Origin: Eledone cirrhosa
Lineage: Eukaryota
DNA: 64,000 bases
Reading direction: 5' to 3'
Assembly (NCBI GenBank): GCA_964016885.1
Contig: OZ024740.1
Span: forward strand, 163,060,001 to 163,124,000
Below the pieces are notes generated by a model. That model saw only the letters and a list, made by a program, of their open reading frames with translations. It made no database searches and was not told the DNA's origin. Below are positions 1-14,484 of the stretch, in pieces. The translations under genes were made by a program, and so were the position numbers. The stretch's first letter is position 1. Each line of letters begins with the position of its first letter.

Positions 1-218
1 AAGAAGTGCCAAGAAATCCCAGTAGAAGGAAGACGAAGTAGAGGAAGACCGGGAAAAACATGGGTTGAGGTGATGAGAGCAGACCTCGGATCGCTGACGC
101 TCACAGAGGAGATGACGAAGGATCGTGACAAGTGGAAAGATTCTGTGCTGAACAGGACCCGTCCCACCCTTGCAAGCAGGGAAAAGTGGACGTAAAATGA
201 TGATGATAATGATAATGA
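1..218 (+). mobile_element. RTE LINE subfamily C, 3' end with (GAT)n tail
   Basis: Close match to 51034-51243; ends in gtaaaatgatgatgat. Confidence 0.85.
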
Positions 219-275
219 TTAACATTGAGTTCACAAACTGGTGAACCTTCAGTAACTAAACATTACACACTAATA

Positions 276-316
<41 letters not shown>

Positions 317-371
317 AAGACATTTTTTCCAATTCCAACCCGCCCCCTCAATCTATCTTATTCTCATTCTT

Positions 372-407
372 TCTTCTGATAGAGGACTAGCGTCCGAACC
401 GTTAAGA
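372..407 (+). ncRNA. Degenerate minimal type I hammerhead ribozyme
   Basis: TCTT-CTGATAGA-GGAC/tagc/GTCC-GAAC-CG-TT-AAGA; stems I and II pair, two core deviations. Confidence 0.55.
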
Positions 408-504
408 CCCTCTTCCTGCTATATCAAGCGTTAACCTAATATATCCCTTCCATATACTGTACCGATTGTGTTGTTATTTCTGTTTGCCTTTTACATATAT
501 ATAT

Positions 505-1198
<694 letters not shown>

Positions 1199-1310
1199 CG
1201 AAGGAAATGTGGTAAGGAACCAGGTGGACCATAACGCACCAAAGTACTCAATACTTGAGGTAGTAGAGTGGGTAATAGGAACCAGTAAGATATATATATA
1301 TATATATATA

Positions 1311-1850
1311 TAGACGGTAGCCACGGAGTAGGCAGACCCAGAAAAACCTGGGACGACTTGATAAATTCCGAGCTCACACACTTACACCTCTCCAAGACAA
1401 TGTCACTGGGCCGAGATCTTTGGCGCTACACAGTAATACAGAAGACCCGCCTTACCTAAGCACAAAGTGAAACATACTACAGTCAGTAGGCACCTCTAAC
1501 AAAAATACACCCCCTCCCACTACCCCACTGCATCCACACCATCCCTTTCAATGTAAAGTTATGTTGGTACCACAACATCCAGTCCGAAACAAATGAGGTC
1601 GTGTAGGTGTCACGACAAAAAAAAAAAAACACACAGTCCACGCTGTAATGTGGCCGTGTAGGTAACATGGTAAAAACCTCCCAGTCCACACTGTAAACGT
1701 GGCTGGTGTTAGGAAGGGCATCCAGCCGTAGAAAACCCGCCAGACAGTCCTATGTGAGCAAGACAACCAGTCTTGCCTCTAGTGGGAAAACTTCCGTCCA
1801 AACCCATGCAAGCATGGAAGATGGACGTTAAACGATGATGATGATGATGA
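1311..1850 (+). mobile_element. RTE subfamily B, 5'-truncated 3' end
   Basis: GRPRKTWD-encoding tail; 3' UTR shared with 5014-6053; (GAT)n tail. Confidence 0.9.
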
Positions 1851-2090
1851 TATATATACATATATATATACATATATACATACATATATATATACATATA
1901 TATATACATATATATATAGATATAGATAGGTAAATATACACGGGTGTGTATGATTGTGTATAGAAGATTATATTAATAAGAGGAATTCCAACTTTGTCTG
2001 ATTTACTCGTTTTATTTACAATCCTTTAAAATATATATAATGGTATTATAATGAAATAGTATGATAGAATATTAAATTCTAAGTGTTAAT

Positions 2091-2129
2091 TGAACAAGTA
2101 CTTTCATGCTTTCGCAATCTTCAGGTTCA
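2091..2129 (-). ncRNA. Minimal type I hammerhead ribozyme
   Basis: TGAAC-CTGAAGA-T-TGC/GAAA/GCA-T-GAAA-GTAC-TT-GTTCA. Confidence 0.8.
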
Positions 2130-2194
2130 TGATATGTGGTGACAGTCGAGTTTGCACAGTTGAAAATTGCAAACTCGACTGTCACCACATATCA

Positions 2195-2233
2195 TGAACC
2201 TGAAGATTGCAAAAGCATGAAAGTACTTGTTCA
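2195..2233 (+). ncRNA. Minimal type I hammerhead ribozyme
   Basis: TGAAC-CTGAAGA-T-TGC/aaaa/GCA-T-GAAA-GTAC-TT-GTTCA; stem III palindrome AAGTACTT. Confidence 0.8.
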
Positions 2234-2445
2234 ATTAACACTTAGAATTTAATATTCTATCATACTGTTTCATTATAATACCATTATATATATTTTAAAG
2301 GATTGTAAATAAAACGAGTAAATCAGACAAAGTTGGAATTCCTCTTATTAATATATACATATATATATACATATATATACACATATATATACATATATAC
2401 ATATACATATATATATATACATATATATATACATATATATATATA

Positions 2446-4388
2446 CATCATCATCATCATCACAGTTTTACGTCTGTTCTTCCACGCTAGCATGGGTTAG
2501 ACGGGTTGTCCTGTTGTGTGCAGTGTCTGGTCGGCTGACCATGCCTTGCTCATACAGGAACTGATCTGGCTTGATTTCTACAGCTGGATGCCCTTCCTAA
2601 CACCAACCTCATTTACAGTGAGTGCTGGGTGCTTTTTCGTGGCGCCTACACGTCCACTTTACAGTGTGGGCTGGGTGCTTTTTTGCCGTGGCACCTCCAC
2701 GACCACCTTGCGGTGGTGGGTGTGGGGGCATATTGATTATATGCTTCAGCATGTACTCATGGGAGGTCGGGTACTCTGTATTACTGCGTGACGCCAGAGG
2801 TCACGGTCGTGTGTCATTGTCTTTGAGAGGTGTAATTGGGTAAGGTCGGCTTTTATCACCTCATCCCAGGTCATCTTGGGTCTCCCCACTCCGCGGTTTC
2901 CATCAACTTCTAGTGCTCTGCACCTTTTATGCAGCTGTCATCCTTCATACGCATCACATGTCCATACCAGCGCAACCGCCTCTCCTGCACACAGCATTTG
3001 ATTCCTCTTATGCTCAGTCTCTCTCTCAATTCATTTATGCTTTGTCGTTCACGTATATTACTGTTACACATCCATCGGAGCATGCAGGCTTCGTTTCTCT
3101 CTAATCTACGTAAGTCTTCCACCTTCAGCGCCCAGGTCTCACTACCATGCAACATCGCTGTTCGGATACACGCATCATACAGTCTGCCTTTCATTCTGAG
3201 GGAGAAGCCTTTTGCAGCTAGCAGTGGTAGTAGTTCCCTAGACTTTTTCCATCCCGTTCTTACCCTAGTTATTGTACTTTCTGAACACCCACCTCCGCTG
3301 CTAATTCGGTCACCTAGGTAGCAGAAGCTGTCTACTGTTTCTACAGGGCCCTCCCAGAGATTGGTGGTACTTGTTTCCTGTGGCTGTTTGCTGCTTGCTG
3401 TCTCAGCACAGCTGCTGCATGTGAATCCTACATTCTTAATTAAGCTTCCTGAGATCCCGCTCCATCTCTTGTGTACCCATTGTTTGCATTTGGGGCAGAG
3501 AATGGAGTTCCTACCTACATCTTTCCTACATACTGAGCAAGGCCATTTCCCTGAGGGGATCTGGGTTCTGTTTTCTCGTCTACTTACAAGGACCTTAGTC
3601 TTTGTCATGTTGACTCTGAGACCCTTTCTCTCTAGTCCCTGCTTCCAGGTTTGGAATTTATTCTCTAGTTCTATCATAGATTCAGCTATGAGTGCGAGGT
3701 CATCAGCATACAGGAGTTCCCATGGGCATCCGGTCTTAAATTCCTCCGTTATTGCCTGCAGGACTATGATGAACAGGAGAGGGCTAAGAACAGAGCCCTG
3801 GTGGACCCCAACCTGTACGCTAAATTCCTCGCTATACTCATTGCTAATCCTAACTTTGCTGACTGCTCCCCTATACATAGCTTGTACCGCTTTCACAAGC
3901 CATTCATCTACTCCTAGTTTTCTAAGAGCCCACCAGATTACAGCACGTGGAACTCTGTCAAAGGCTTTCTCAAGGTCGACAAATGCCAAGTAGAGTGGCT
4001 TACTTTTAGCTAGGTACTTTTCCTGTAATTGCCTCACAAGGAAGAGGGCATCAGTGGTGCCTCTTCCTGGTACAAACCCAAATTGCATCTTGTCTATATT
4101 AACCCGGTCCCTAATCAGCTGTGCTATAACTCTTTCTGTTACTTTCATGACCTGGTCCATCAACTTTATACCTCTATAGTTTCCTCTATCTAGTGCATCA
4201 CCTTTACCTTTGTAGCAGTTGACAATGCTGCTACTGCACCAATCTTTTGGTATGGCCCCTTCTAGTATTACCTGTTTAACGATACGTGTGGTTATAGTGT
4301 GACCTACAGACCCAGATGCCTTCAGCATCTCGGCAGCTATACCCGATGGACCGGTTGCCTTCCCCATCTTCATATCTCTGATTGCCTT
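2446..4388 (-). mobile_element. RTE LINE subfamily A, 5'-truncated (RT plus PHD-type finger)
   Basis: ORF 2910-4388 with [27 protein letters not shown] and LLYADD motifs; (GAT)n tail. Confidence 0.95.
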
Positions 4389-5013
4389 ATACATATATAT
4401 ATACATATATACATATATATACATATACATATATATACATATATATATATACATATATATATACATATACATATATATATATATATATATACATATACAT
4501 ACATATATATATACATATACATATATATATATATATATATACATATACATACATATATATATACATATACATACATATATATATACATATACATATATAT
4601 ATATATATATATACATATACATACATATATATATACATATACATATATATATATATATATATACATATACATACATATATATACATATATATACATATAT
4701 ATATACATATACATACATATATATACATATATATACATATACATATATATATACATATATATACATATACATACATATACATATACATATATATACATAT
4801 ACATATATATATACATATATATACATATACATATATATACATATACATATATATACATATATATACATATACATATATATACATATATATACATATACAT
4901 ATATATACATATATATATACATATATATACATATATATACATATACATATATATACATATATATACATATACATATATATACATATGCATACATATACAT
5001 ATATATATACATA
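4389..5013. repeat. Imperfect TA/CA array between two head-to-head LINE 5' ends
   Basis: Direct reading. Confidence 0.95.
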
Positions 5014-6053
5014 TGGTGCAATAAGTAGCAGCAAGTGCCCACAAAATACTAGCTCTTTCAATTGTGCAGAGGGTTCTATAGAAATAGTGGACAGCTTCCG
5101 TTACCTGGGTGACAAAATTAGCAGTGGGGGAGGGTGCTCTGAAAGTACAGTAGCTAGAGTTAGAACTGGATGGAAAAAGTTCAGAGAGCTTATACCACTA
5201 TTAGCCGCTAAAGGGTTCTCCCTAAAAATGAAAGGCAGGTTGTATGATGCCTACATACGAACAGCAATGTTGCATGGCAGTGAGACCTGGGCATTGTGTG
5301 CAGAGGATATACGCAGACTAGAGAGGAACGAAGCTTGCATGCTCCGCTGGATGTGTAATAGTAATATACGTGAACGGCAAAGCATAAACGAACTAAGGAA
5401 AAAATTAGAAATAAGAGGGATCAGATGTTGTTTACTCGAGAGAAGGCTACGTTGGTATGGTCACGTGATGCGCATGAAAGACGACAGCTGTATAACAAAG
5501 TGCAGGGCAATAAAGATAGACGGTAGCCATGGAGTAAGCAGACCCAGAAAAACCTGGGACGAGCTGATAAATTCCGACCTCACACACTTACACCTCTCCA
5601 AGACAATGTCACTGGACCGAGACCTTTGGCGGTACTCAGTAATAGAGAAGACCCGCCTTACCTAAATACAAAGTAAAACCTACTACAGTCAGTAGGCATC
5701 TCTAACAAAATACACCCCCGTCCCACCTCCCCATCCACACCGCCCCTTTCAATGTAAAGTTATGTTGGTGCCACAACATCCAGGCCGAAACAAATGAGAT
5801 CGTGTAGGTGTCACGACAAAAAAACACACAGTCCACGCTGTAATGTGGCCGTGTAGGCAACACGGTAAAAACCTCCCAGCCCCACACTGTAAATGTGGTT
5901 GGTGTTAGGAAGGGCATCCAGCTGTAGAAAACCCGCCAGACAGTCCTATACGAGCAATGACAACCACTCTTGCCTCAAGTGGGAAAACTCCTGTCCAAAC
6001 CCATGCAAGCATGGAACATGGACGTTAAACGATGATGATGATGATGATGATGA
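5014..6053 (+). mobile_element. RTE subfamily B, 5'-truncated
   Basis: VDSFRYLG...[12 protein letters not shown] tail to 5665; 3' UTR; (GAT)n. Confidence 0.95.
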
Positions 6054-6476
6054 TATACATATATATATATACATACATATACATATATATATACATACAT
6101 ATACATACATATATATACATTTACATATATATAAACATATATATACATATACATATATATACATATACATATATATATACATATATATACATTTACATAT
6201 ATATATACATATACATAAATATACATATACCTCTATATTTCTATATTTCTATATTTCTCTCTCTTGATTTTTTCTCTCTGTCTGGTGTTTTGATATCTCT
6301 TTCTCCTTTTTTCTTTTTCTTTCTCAACTTTTCTCTCTCTCGGTTTTTCTCTCTCTCTCTCCGTAACACAATGACTTACTAAGATAAACAAATCCAATAT
6401 CCTGATGTCTTCCAAAACTAACGGTTGCATTTTGAAAGGGTATGTTAAAATTTATTTATAAAACTGGTATATATTG

Positions 6477-6541
6477 TATTTTGTCTGATGATAGCATACC
6501 ATAATTTAACATGGTATCCTTGAAATATGTATAATAAAATA
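6477..6541 (+). ncRNA. Type I hammerhead ribozyme in a PLE-type 3' UTR (about 6230-6582)
   Basis: TATTTTGT-CTGATGA-T-[AGCATACCAT..ATGGTATCCT]-T-GAAA-TATGTA-TA-ATAAAATA; homolog at 55634-55699. Confidence 0.8.
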
Positions 6542-6739
6542 GATATGGTTTTATAAATATAGTTTCCATTTGTTAATATCGTATACATATATATATATAT
6601 ATATACATATACATACATATATATAAATATATATACACATATATATATATATATATACATATATATACATATACATATATATACATATATATACATATAC
6701 ATATATATACATATACATATATATATATATATATACATA

Positions 6740-6912
6740 GCAGCCAGTCCACATTGTAACATGGCTTGCATTAGGAAGAGTATCCAGCTGTAGAAACCAA
6801 GCCAAAATACAGATCAGTATGAGCATGATGTGGTCTCCAGATCAGACATGTCTCATAATGTGACAACCTGTCAAGCACATGCAAGCATGAAATATGGACG
6901 TTAAACGATGAC
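6740..6912 (+). mobile_element. Old RTE/SINE 3' tail relic
   Basis: ttaggaagagtatccagctgtagaaa...ggacgttaaacgatga. Confidence 0.7.
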
Positions 6913-7613
6913 ATATGGAGTATATACCAACCAGCATCCCATTATGCATTAGTGGTCTTTCCAGGCACAGCATATATATATATATATATATATATAGATA
7001 GATAGAGAGAGAGAGAGTTATGTAAAAACAAAACAAGGCTAGAGAGGGAAAATAGTAAGTGCTTGGTGTTCCAGACAACAAAAAAACTGGAAATTATTAA
7101 GTAGCTGGCACACATTTGGTCAAATATATTATGACTATACAAAATATTTACATTAATTTATCTGAATAGTGAAATGCACCTAAACAACAGAAAATCACAC
7201 TAATAGAAGGGTGTATAGTTTATTTTTTACAAATAATTCATTTATTGCTCCAGCAATGCAGAAATTACTTTTCAAAAATTATGTTTTGTACTAAAGAAAT
7301 AATCGTTCATAGCCAAATGGTTTTAAAAAATTCAGTATTAAAAAAAAAAAAAGAGAGAAAAGAATATATATATAAATATATATATTTATATATATAGAGT
7401 ATTTACGTATCGAGAGAGAGAAAAAAAGGAAGGATAGGCGATACATGTAGTTATTTGCCAAATAGCGTATGCAGAAGGTGCTCAATACTGGTGCCGGCAG
7501 TATTAAATATTAGAAGTGTTAATATTTAGTGGGCGAGAGAATTAGCAGAGCGTAAGCATGTGGAAAAGTAAGAAATCGGAGAACAGACCGTTAATACATG
7601 TTTATTTAAAACA

Positions 7614-7653
7614 GCACCAATGTACGTTTCGTCCGGTTGGGCTTCTCAAGGGC
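7614..7653 (-). ncRNA. Hammerhead ribozyme, U3-A8 core variant (inverted copy)
   Basis: GCCC-TTGAGAA-GCCC/aacc/GGAC-GAAA-CGTACA-TT-GGTGC. Confidence 0.65.
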
Positions 7654-8639
7654 ATAAATAACCAAAAGTGTTCCTTACATGGCCCGGAAAGTGTTTTTGG
7701 GGGTAAGTTCACGTCATAGTTCATTCTTCGCAAACAAAGTGTGTTTTGATTTTGCAGTAGGTCAAGGGAGGTAACTCTGGCCGGTGTTAGGGCAGTCTTT
7801 CCCAGAAAAATTTTTTATCCATTACAAGATGGGGTCACAATCTTACCATTGTCGATACGCACAGGGTCAGGTAATCAACGCTTATTTTGAGACGTTTTTT
7901 TTCTGCACCTGCCCGCCTGGGTCATTTGAAGCTGGGTCTGGGATGCATGGTTAGTTTCCTGGATGTTTTTTGCAGCGCCTGCCCGCCGGGGTGTTAAAGC
8001 TTGTTGCAGGAAGACCCGGTACACGGTTTCACTCGTCATCCTTATCCCATCTGAAGAAGGATATTTTTAATCAATGTGTACAGCTTATCGTCGTTTCAGC
8101 TCTGCTGTTGATGAGCTCGCGGGGTGCAGTTATGTTGCCAGCACTATTGGATGCTGCTAGGGAGTCGTTAAGGCCAATATAGTTATTGTCAGGTGTAGGT
8201 GCGTCTGTGCTAAGGTGCTGTGTCTTGGTGATCTTACTGTGGTTCGTTGTTCCTATGATGTCTGCTAGGTTAGGAGTAGTAGAGAAGGATATTTTTATAT
8301 TGTTCCTATTAAGCATTCTATAGCATCTCACATAGAATCTCGAGGCTCTCCACTAATGAGGATATCTTCAACCAAGCGGCAGATTACCACAATAGGGCCT
8401 TGATAAGCGCTGGCTTTAATCGAGGAATTTCCTACATCCCTAACGCTAGCTCTAGAACCCCCCCCCCCCCCCTCATAAGACGAACGTTATAGTAAGCCAT
8501 ACCTATAACCGATCACGCGGTGACTTCGTAGGAGTCGGATATAATAGTATAGATAATCGCACTAAGGAACACTGCCGCAATGTTAATTACACTGGCGATG
8601 GTATAGGTAACTTACCACACAATAAAGATCACGACCCTG

Positions 8640-9722
8640 GTGACAGTGACCACTGTAGCCTACCCGAATTATTCCCCTACTATAAAATCAACAAAGGCGA
8701 CGGCCTACTACCAACGCCTTCCAACCAACATCTTCCTGTACATAAACATGAGTGCACCGGGGCTACAGCGCATTAACATGCATAAGAACGGACACCTTGA
8801 TGGAACCACCTGTAGCAAACGTACAAGGACACGAAATCGCCACTGCAACCTCCTATGGAGTGTGGCCTCCAACATACCCCGGATATTCTTCGAAGCCTTA
8901 GAGAAGAACTTCCCGCCCAACCATAGGTATAGAAAAATCCTTAATAGGAACAATATAAAAATATCCTTCTCTACTACTCCTAACATAGCAGACATCATAG
9001 GAACAACGAACCACAGTAAGATCACCAAGACACAGCACCTTAGCACAGATGCACCTACAACTGACAATAACTATATCGGCCTTAACGACTCCCTAGCAGC
9101 ATCCAATAGTGCTGGCAACAGCCTCTATAGACGCAACCAGCATAACCGCGACATGACTGGGGAACATGCAGGACATGACATGCAGAATAATAATCGTACC
9201 ACCCCGCGCGCAGTGGGTTATAATGGTGCTAACGACAGGTGCGGGAGCGTAGATAACATAGATAGCAATAATGATAGCCTTACCGTGGGAATTAGAAGGA
9301 ACCGCAACAGGGGATGCTGCCCCCTTAGAGGATACTGCTTGACTGATAGTGTTATATATAGGTGCACTGTAACTAGCCACAATAGCGTTAAACATTATAT
9401 AGGGGCTACCTCTGGCCCATTCAAAATTAGATTTCGAACACATCCCCACTCTTTCACAAATAAGAAATTAAGACACTCCACTTCGCTCGCGGACTACATC
9501 ACATCATTAAAAGACTTAAACATCAGCTTCTCTATGCACTGGGATGTTGTCGGCAGGGCTGCACTATACAACTTCAAGTGGAAGTGCGATCTTTGCCTCA
9601 TGGAGCTCTACCACATCATAACTGCACCCCGCGAGCTCATCAACAGCAGAGCTGAAACGATGATAAGCTGTACACATCGCTTAAAAATATCCTTCTTCAG
9701 ATGGGATAAGGATGAGGAGTGA
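8640..9722 (+). pseudogene. PLE linker plus GIY-YIG endonuclease remnant
   Basis: FPPNHRYRKILNRNNIKISFSTTPN, CPLRGYCL and GIY-YIG motifs. Confidence 0.85.
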
Positions 9723-10088
9723 AACCGTGTACCGGGTCTCCCTGCAACAAGCTTTAGCACCCGGCGGGCAGGCGCTGCAAAAAACATCCAGGAAACTAAC
9801 CATGCATCCCAGACCCAGCTCCAAATGACCCAGGCGGGCAGGTGCAGAAAAAAAACGTCTCAAAATAAGCGTTGATTACCTGACCCTGTGCGTGTCGACA
9901 ATGGTAAGGTTGTAAACATCTTGTAATGGATAATTTGTCCGGGAAAGACTGCCCTAACACCGGCCAGAGTTACCTCCCTTGACCTACTGCAAAATCAAAA
10001 CGCTTTTTTTGCAAAGAATGAACTATGACATGAACTTACCCCCAGAAACACTTTCCGGGCCATGTAAGGAACACTTTTGGTTATTTAT

Positions 10089-10128
10089 GCTCTTGAGAAG
10101 CCCAACCGGGCGAAACGTACGTAGGTGC
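10089..10128 (+). ncRNA. Hammerhead ribozyme, U3-A8 core variant
   Basis: GCTC-TTGAGAA-GCCC/aacc/GGGC-GAAA-CGTACG-TA-GGTGC; stem III palindrome ACGTACGT. Confidence 0.75.
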
Positions 10129-10294
10129 TGTTTTAAATAAAATAAACATGTATTAACGGTCTGTTCTCCGATTTCTTACTTTTCCACATATATAATATAT
10201 TTCTAGCAAACTTTTACTACAGTATATATATATATATATAGGTATTTATATGATATCACTTATCAAATAACCTTTCTAGATGGTGGTATGTATA

Positions 10295-10695
10295 TCATCA
10301 TCATCATTTAACGTCTGTTTTTCCTGCTACAAATGGTTGGACAGATAATCACAGAAGAGTCAGAACTCAAGTGGAGTTACTAGCCTCTAAGAATTGATCC
10401 AGGAGGTGCGGTGGGATGGCTTCATCTAGTTTACATACATTCCCATACTTTGTTAAGTGAATTTTATCATACATATACATCATCATCATCATTGTTTAAC
10501 GTCCATTTTCCATGTTAGCATGGGTTAGACAGGTTGTTCCATTCGAGGCAAGTTGGGTCGCGTGACCATGTCTTACTCATATAGAACTGTTTCTGGCTAG
10601 GTTTCTATGACTGGATACCCTTCCTAACGCCAACCACATTTACAGTGTGTGCTGGGAGCTTTTTGTCGTGACTCCTATACGACCACTTTACAGAA
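10295..10695 (-). mobile_element. Two older RTE 3' UTR relics
   Basis: catcatcat tails and homology to 2446-2700. Confidence 0.75.
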
Positions 10696-10903
10696 ATTTT
10701 GTGAGGAGATTTTAAAAGTTTTTTTATGTTGTGTGAAAATGTTTTAAAGATTGTTATACCATCTGATGAGCTCAGGATAACAGAATGGGTAGGAAGAAAA
10801 CTATCTAGCTGTAAACTTTAGCTAAATATGTATCATGGAGATAAAGGTAAACCTGAATAACTCAGCATATGGCCTTCAATTTATTTATTAAAAATAATAA
10901 TAG

Positions 10904-10935
<32 letters not shown>

Positions 10936-11225
10936 AACGTATGTCCATAGAATCATTTGATAAGATATATACACCATCTCCTCTCCCAATCAGCATAATT
11001 AACCACACAAAATACCAATTAAACCAGGCTATAAGATTAAAAGGCACCTATGAAGAAATAATAGATAAATAAACGACAACCATCTATTCACGATCAACAG
11101 CTATAGAATATTTACCCAGCACTTCAATAGCACGTGGAAATCGATTAAATATATCGCCAACCATACACAATTAGTATAAAATTAAAGTTAGAAGAAAAAA
11201 TGTATATAAACATACCAAGATTACG

Positions 11226-11262
<37 letters not shown>

Positions 11263-11264
<2 letters not shown>

Positions 11265-11602
11265 ATCATTCATCATCATTTCATTTTACGTCCACTTTTC
11301 CCTGCTTGCAAGGGTGGGACGGGAACTGATTCTGGCTTGATTTCTACAGCTGGATGCCCTTCCTAACACCAACCTCATTTACAGTGAGTGCTGGGTGCTT
11401 TTTTGCCGTGGCACCTCCACGACCACTTTGCAGTGGAATGATAGGGACCCCAGTCCCTATCATCTCATTTCTACAGCTGAGTAAACTGGAGCAATGTGAA
11501 ATAAAGTGTCTTGCTCAGGAAACAACACATCACCCGGTCTGAGAATTGAACTCACAACCTTTTGATTGCAAGGCCAATGCTCTAACCACTAAGCCATGTG
11601 CC
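11263..11602 (-). mobile_element. tRNA-derived SINE, same family as 505-845
   Basis: High identity to 505-845. Confidence 0.85.
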
Positions 11603-11689
11603 CATCATCATCATCATATATATATATAAGCCATGTGCCCATCATCATCATCATATATATATATATATAAGCCATGTGCCCATCATCAT

Positions 11690-11740
<51 letters not shown>

Positions 11741-11786
11741 CATATATAGACACACACACACAGATGTATGTATGTATGTATATGTG

Positions 11787-12100
11787 ACTAAGGGCGGAAG
11801 AACTCATAAGAGTCAACGGCCATCCAAAAGTGTGTAAATATGTATATACACATGTACTGCGTGCTTAAACCACTGGGAGTGAAGGTCCCTTAGCCTTTGT
11901 CAGGGCATTCTTCTAGGAGAAGGCAACTCAGGAAACTGGGATAACTCCGATATAAAATCTGCGGCTCAGTAGTTACTGATGATGTTGATGTTTTCTTTTT
12001 TTCGGGTTATAGCTACTGTCACTCAGAGAGTGGGATTGGCTCAGTGCACAGTCTTTCCTCACTTTAAATAATATCTTCACGCACAGGCATTGCATGATAG
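11787..12100 (+). mobile_element. Diverged RTE 5' UTR-like segment related to the 25762-26326 family
   Basis: cccttagcctttgtcagggc..ctaggagaagg..gagagtgggattggc..gcacaggcattgc. Confidence 0.65.
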
Positions 12101-13892
12101 AATTAATTGATTAATTAATAATTATTAATAATGGTTTATCGTGCAATGGCCATACTTGATAACAAGGGGGCAGCCATTATATGTGTCTATACACTCACTT
12201 GGAAAGTTAAAACGATAAGTGATGTTGTATCATATAAGATACAAATAGGTAATCATATTAACTCCTAAGTACAAATTCTGAAGTTGAATTAGCCTTTCAA
12301 TTCTGAGGTTATGATTCCAATCTACCTGTTGTGTGTCTGTGCACGTGTTCATACATGTTAGTGTATGTCTGTCTATATATCTGTGTGTGTGAGTGTTCTT
12401 AAATATGTCCCAGGCTCATTTGTCCAATATATCTCATATCATATAATTAGTCATTTCATTTAATTAGTTAATATCTCATATCATTTAATAGAATACTGTT
12501 GAAATTGAAAACTGAAGTTTAACTGCATTAAACATTTTAAAATTTAATATCATTTAGAAATGTTATACCGTTATTTATATTAAAAACAATAGCCTTGTGT
12601 TAGTAATTTAAATATACATTTTTTAATATAGAATAAAAAGGAATGTTCTAATATCATTTCCCCTGCTAAAGCAGGGGTTAGCCATGTAGGCCCTATGACA
12701 AGCTTTTCCATGTTGTCTTTACCTCTGCATCAACCCTCACTATTTCATCCCCTTTTCATTTCCTTTCTCATCTTTAGTGATCTTCCCCTTCCTTTACTTC
12801 ATTCCACATTCATTTCCATCACACCTCTTTCACTCAATCATTTTCACCCTTCCTCAACAGATGACCCAACCACCACATACTATTTCTCTTTGCAACATTC
12901 GTAACTGGCACTATTCTTATCATCTTCTGCAGTTCATTTTATCTTCTTCAAAATGATACTCCACTCACCCATCAAACCATTAAACATTAAATAAAATTTC
13001 TTACATCACCTCAACATTTTCCCACAATATTATATAGAAAACAGATTATATCATCCAAAAGAAAAATTAATGTATAAATCATATACCGTATGTATCTCTG
13101 TTATTTGGGAAGGTACACCATATTCTTTTATGTCATAAGAGTCTACTAAAGGGCTTGGTGTCAGGAAGAGTGTCCATCAGTAAAACACTGCCTCAAAAAG
13201 TTCCATCCACCCTATGCTTGTACAGAAAAGCAGGCATAAAAATGGTGATGATAGAAATAATGCTGATGGTGACATCAAAATGTTATAACTGTAAGGACAA
13301 ATTCAGGTAACAAAATCCTACTGAAATAGTTGTAATTTTTTAACAGCAACACACACACGCACGCTTGCACCCGCACTCACACATGCAACAAGATAGACTT
13401 ATGTTATACATATACATGCCTATGAATAGGATTAGAGAAAAGAGATTAGAGAGACAGGTTCAGAACAAATGACAGTATCTAGTCAATTACAAAACAGTAA
13501 AACAATAGCACTAGTCAGACATGGTTGTGGTGGTGGTGGTGTATGTATGTGCATGTGGAGTAGCGTATTATCTAAAACATACCTATTCTCCAGGGGGGCG
13601 TTATTTACGTTCCTTACTTGTTCTTAATATTATGCTTGGATCAATATATTTCCTAGGTTCATTGACATTCGATAAACTTGTCAGTTTTATCTACCAAGAG
13701 AAATGCTTGTAATGACAGTTGTTGTTTAGCCTCAAGTCTTTTCTGGTCAGGCCTATAGAAAAAAAACATTGCCTGCTTTTCCTGTATGCAGGGATCCTAG
13801 GAGCATGTTATCTAATGTATCCTCTTTTATGATTGTAAGCTGTGATTAGAAATATGGTATCAAAAGGGTTAAACTGCATCGTAAACTAGCAG

Positions 13893-14210
13893 TAATAATT
13901 GTTTCTACTTTTGGCACAAGGCCAGCAATTACCCCAGTGCATTACTGGTGCTTTATTTTATCGACCCCATAAGGATGAAAGGCAGAGTTAACCTCGGCTG
14001 GATTTGAACTGAGAACGTAAAGAGACATAACTCTATGCTGTTAAGCATGGTGTCTGTCATTCTGAATTCAAATCCCACCAAGGTCAACTTAGCCTTTTGT
14101 CTTTCTAGGCTTGTTAAAATAAAGTACTAGTCAAGTACAAGGGTTGGTTTTATCAACTTTGCCCTTCCCCCAAATTTGTTGGATCTTGTAACTAAATTAG
14201 AAATCAATAT
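13893..14210. mobile_element. Two old SINE relics, head-to-head
   Basis: B-box gttcaaatcc plus gcctttcatcc..ggggtcgataaaat core in both orientations. Confidence 0.7.
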
Positions 14211-14484
14211 TTACAAGAATTCAAACATTAAAAAAAACTCCTAATCAATAATGAATCACAAGCCAATGTTAATAGGCAAATTCAGCTGAAAAACTGAAAG
14301 CTGTAGACTTCAAAACATTAAGTCTAACAAATTAAATCTGGCCCATCGTCATATTTTCAGTAACACATGTTTAAAAGAAAAACTGTTCTCCATATACGCA
14401 CCCATATAAAATATATTATATATATACAAATAGTGAAAACAATGAAATTAAACAAAAAACGGTTAATTCATAGTAAAACTCATT

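Larger units (their letters stand above)
1969..2354. repeat. Near-perfect fold-back of a PLE-type pseudo-LTR (arms about 187 bp, 11-bp spacer)
   Basis: 1969-2156 is the reverse complement of 2168-2354; each arm holds a hammerhead. Confidence 0.9.
7395..10190 (+). mobile_element. Penelope-like element, 3' part with an inverted, internally deleted left arm
   Basis: ORF 8640-9722 has GIY-YIG (VIYRC..HYIGAT..FKIRF..H) and CxLC; 7560-8330 is the reverse complement of 9617-10188 joined to 8925-9119. Confidence 0.9.

Noticed and set aside
10763-10775. CTGATGAGCTC hammerhead-like start
   Set aside because: No matching stem II, GAAA or stem III downstream.
11589-11700. CRISPR-like repeat-spacer pattern
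   Set aside because: Eukaryotic context; the spacers are only TA runs and there are no cas genes.
12320-13890. Possible host exon in the least repetitive stretch
   Set aside because: No recognisable coding signal or convincing splice-site pair.
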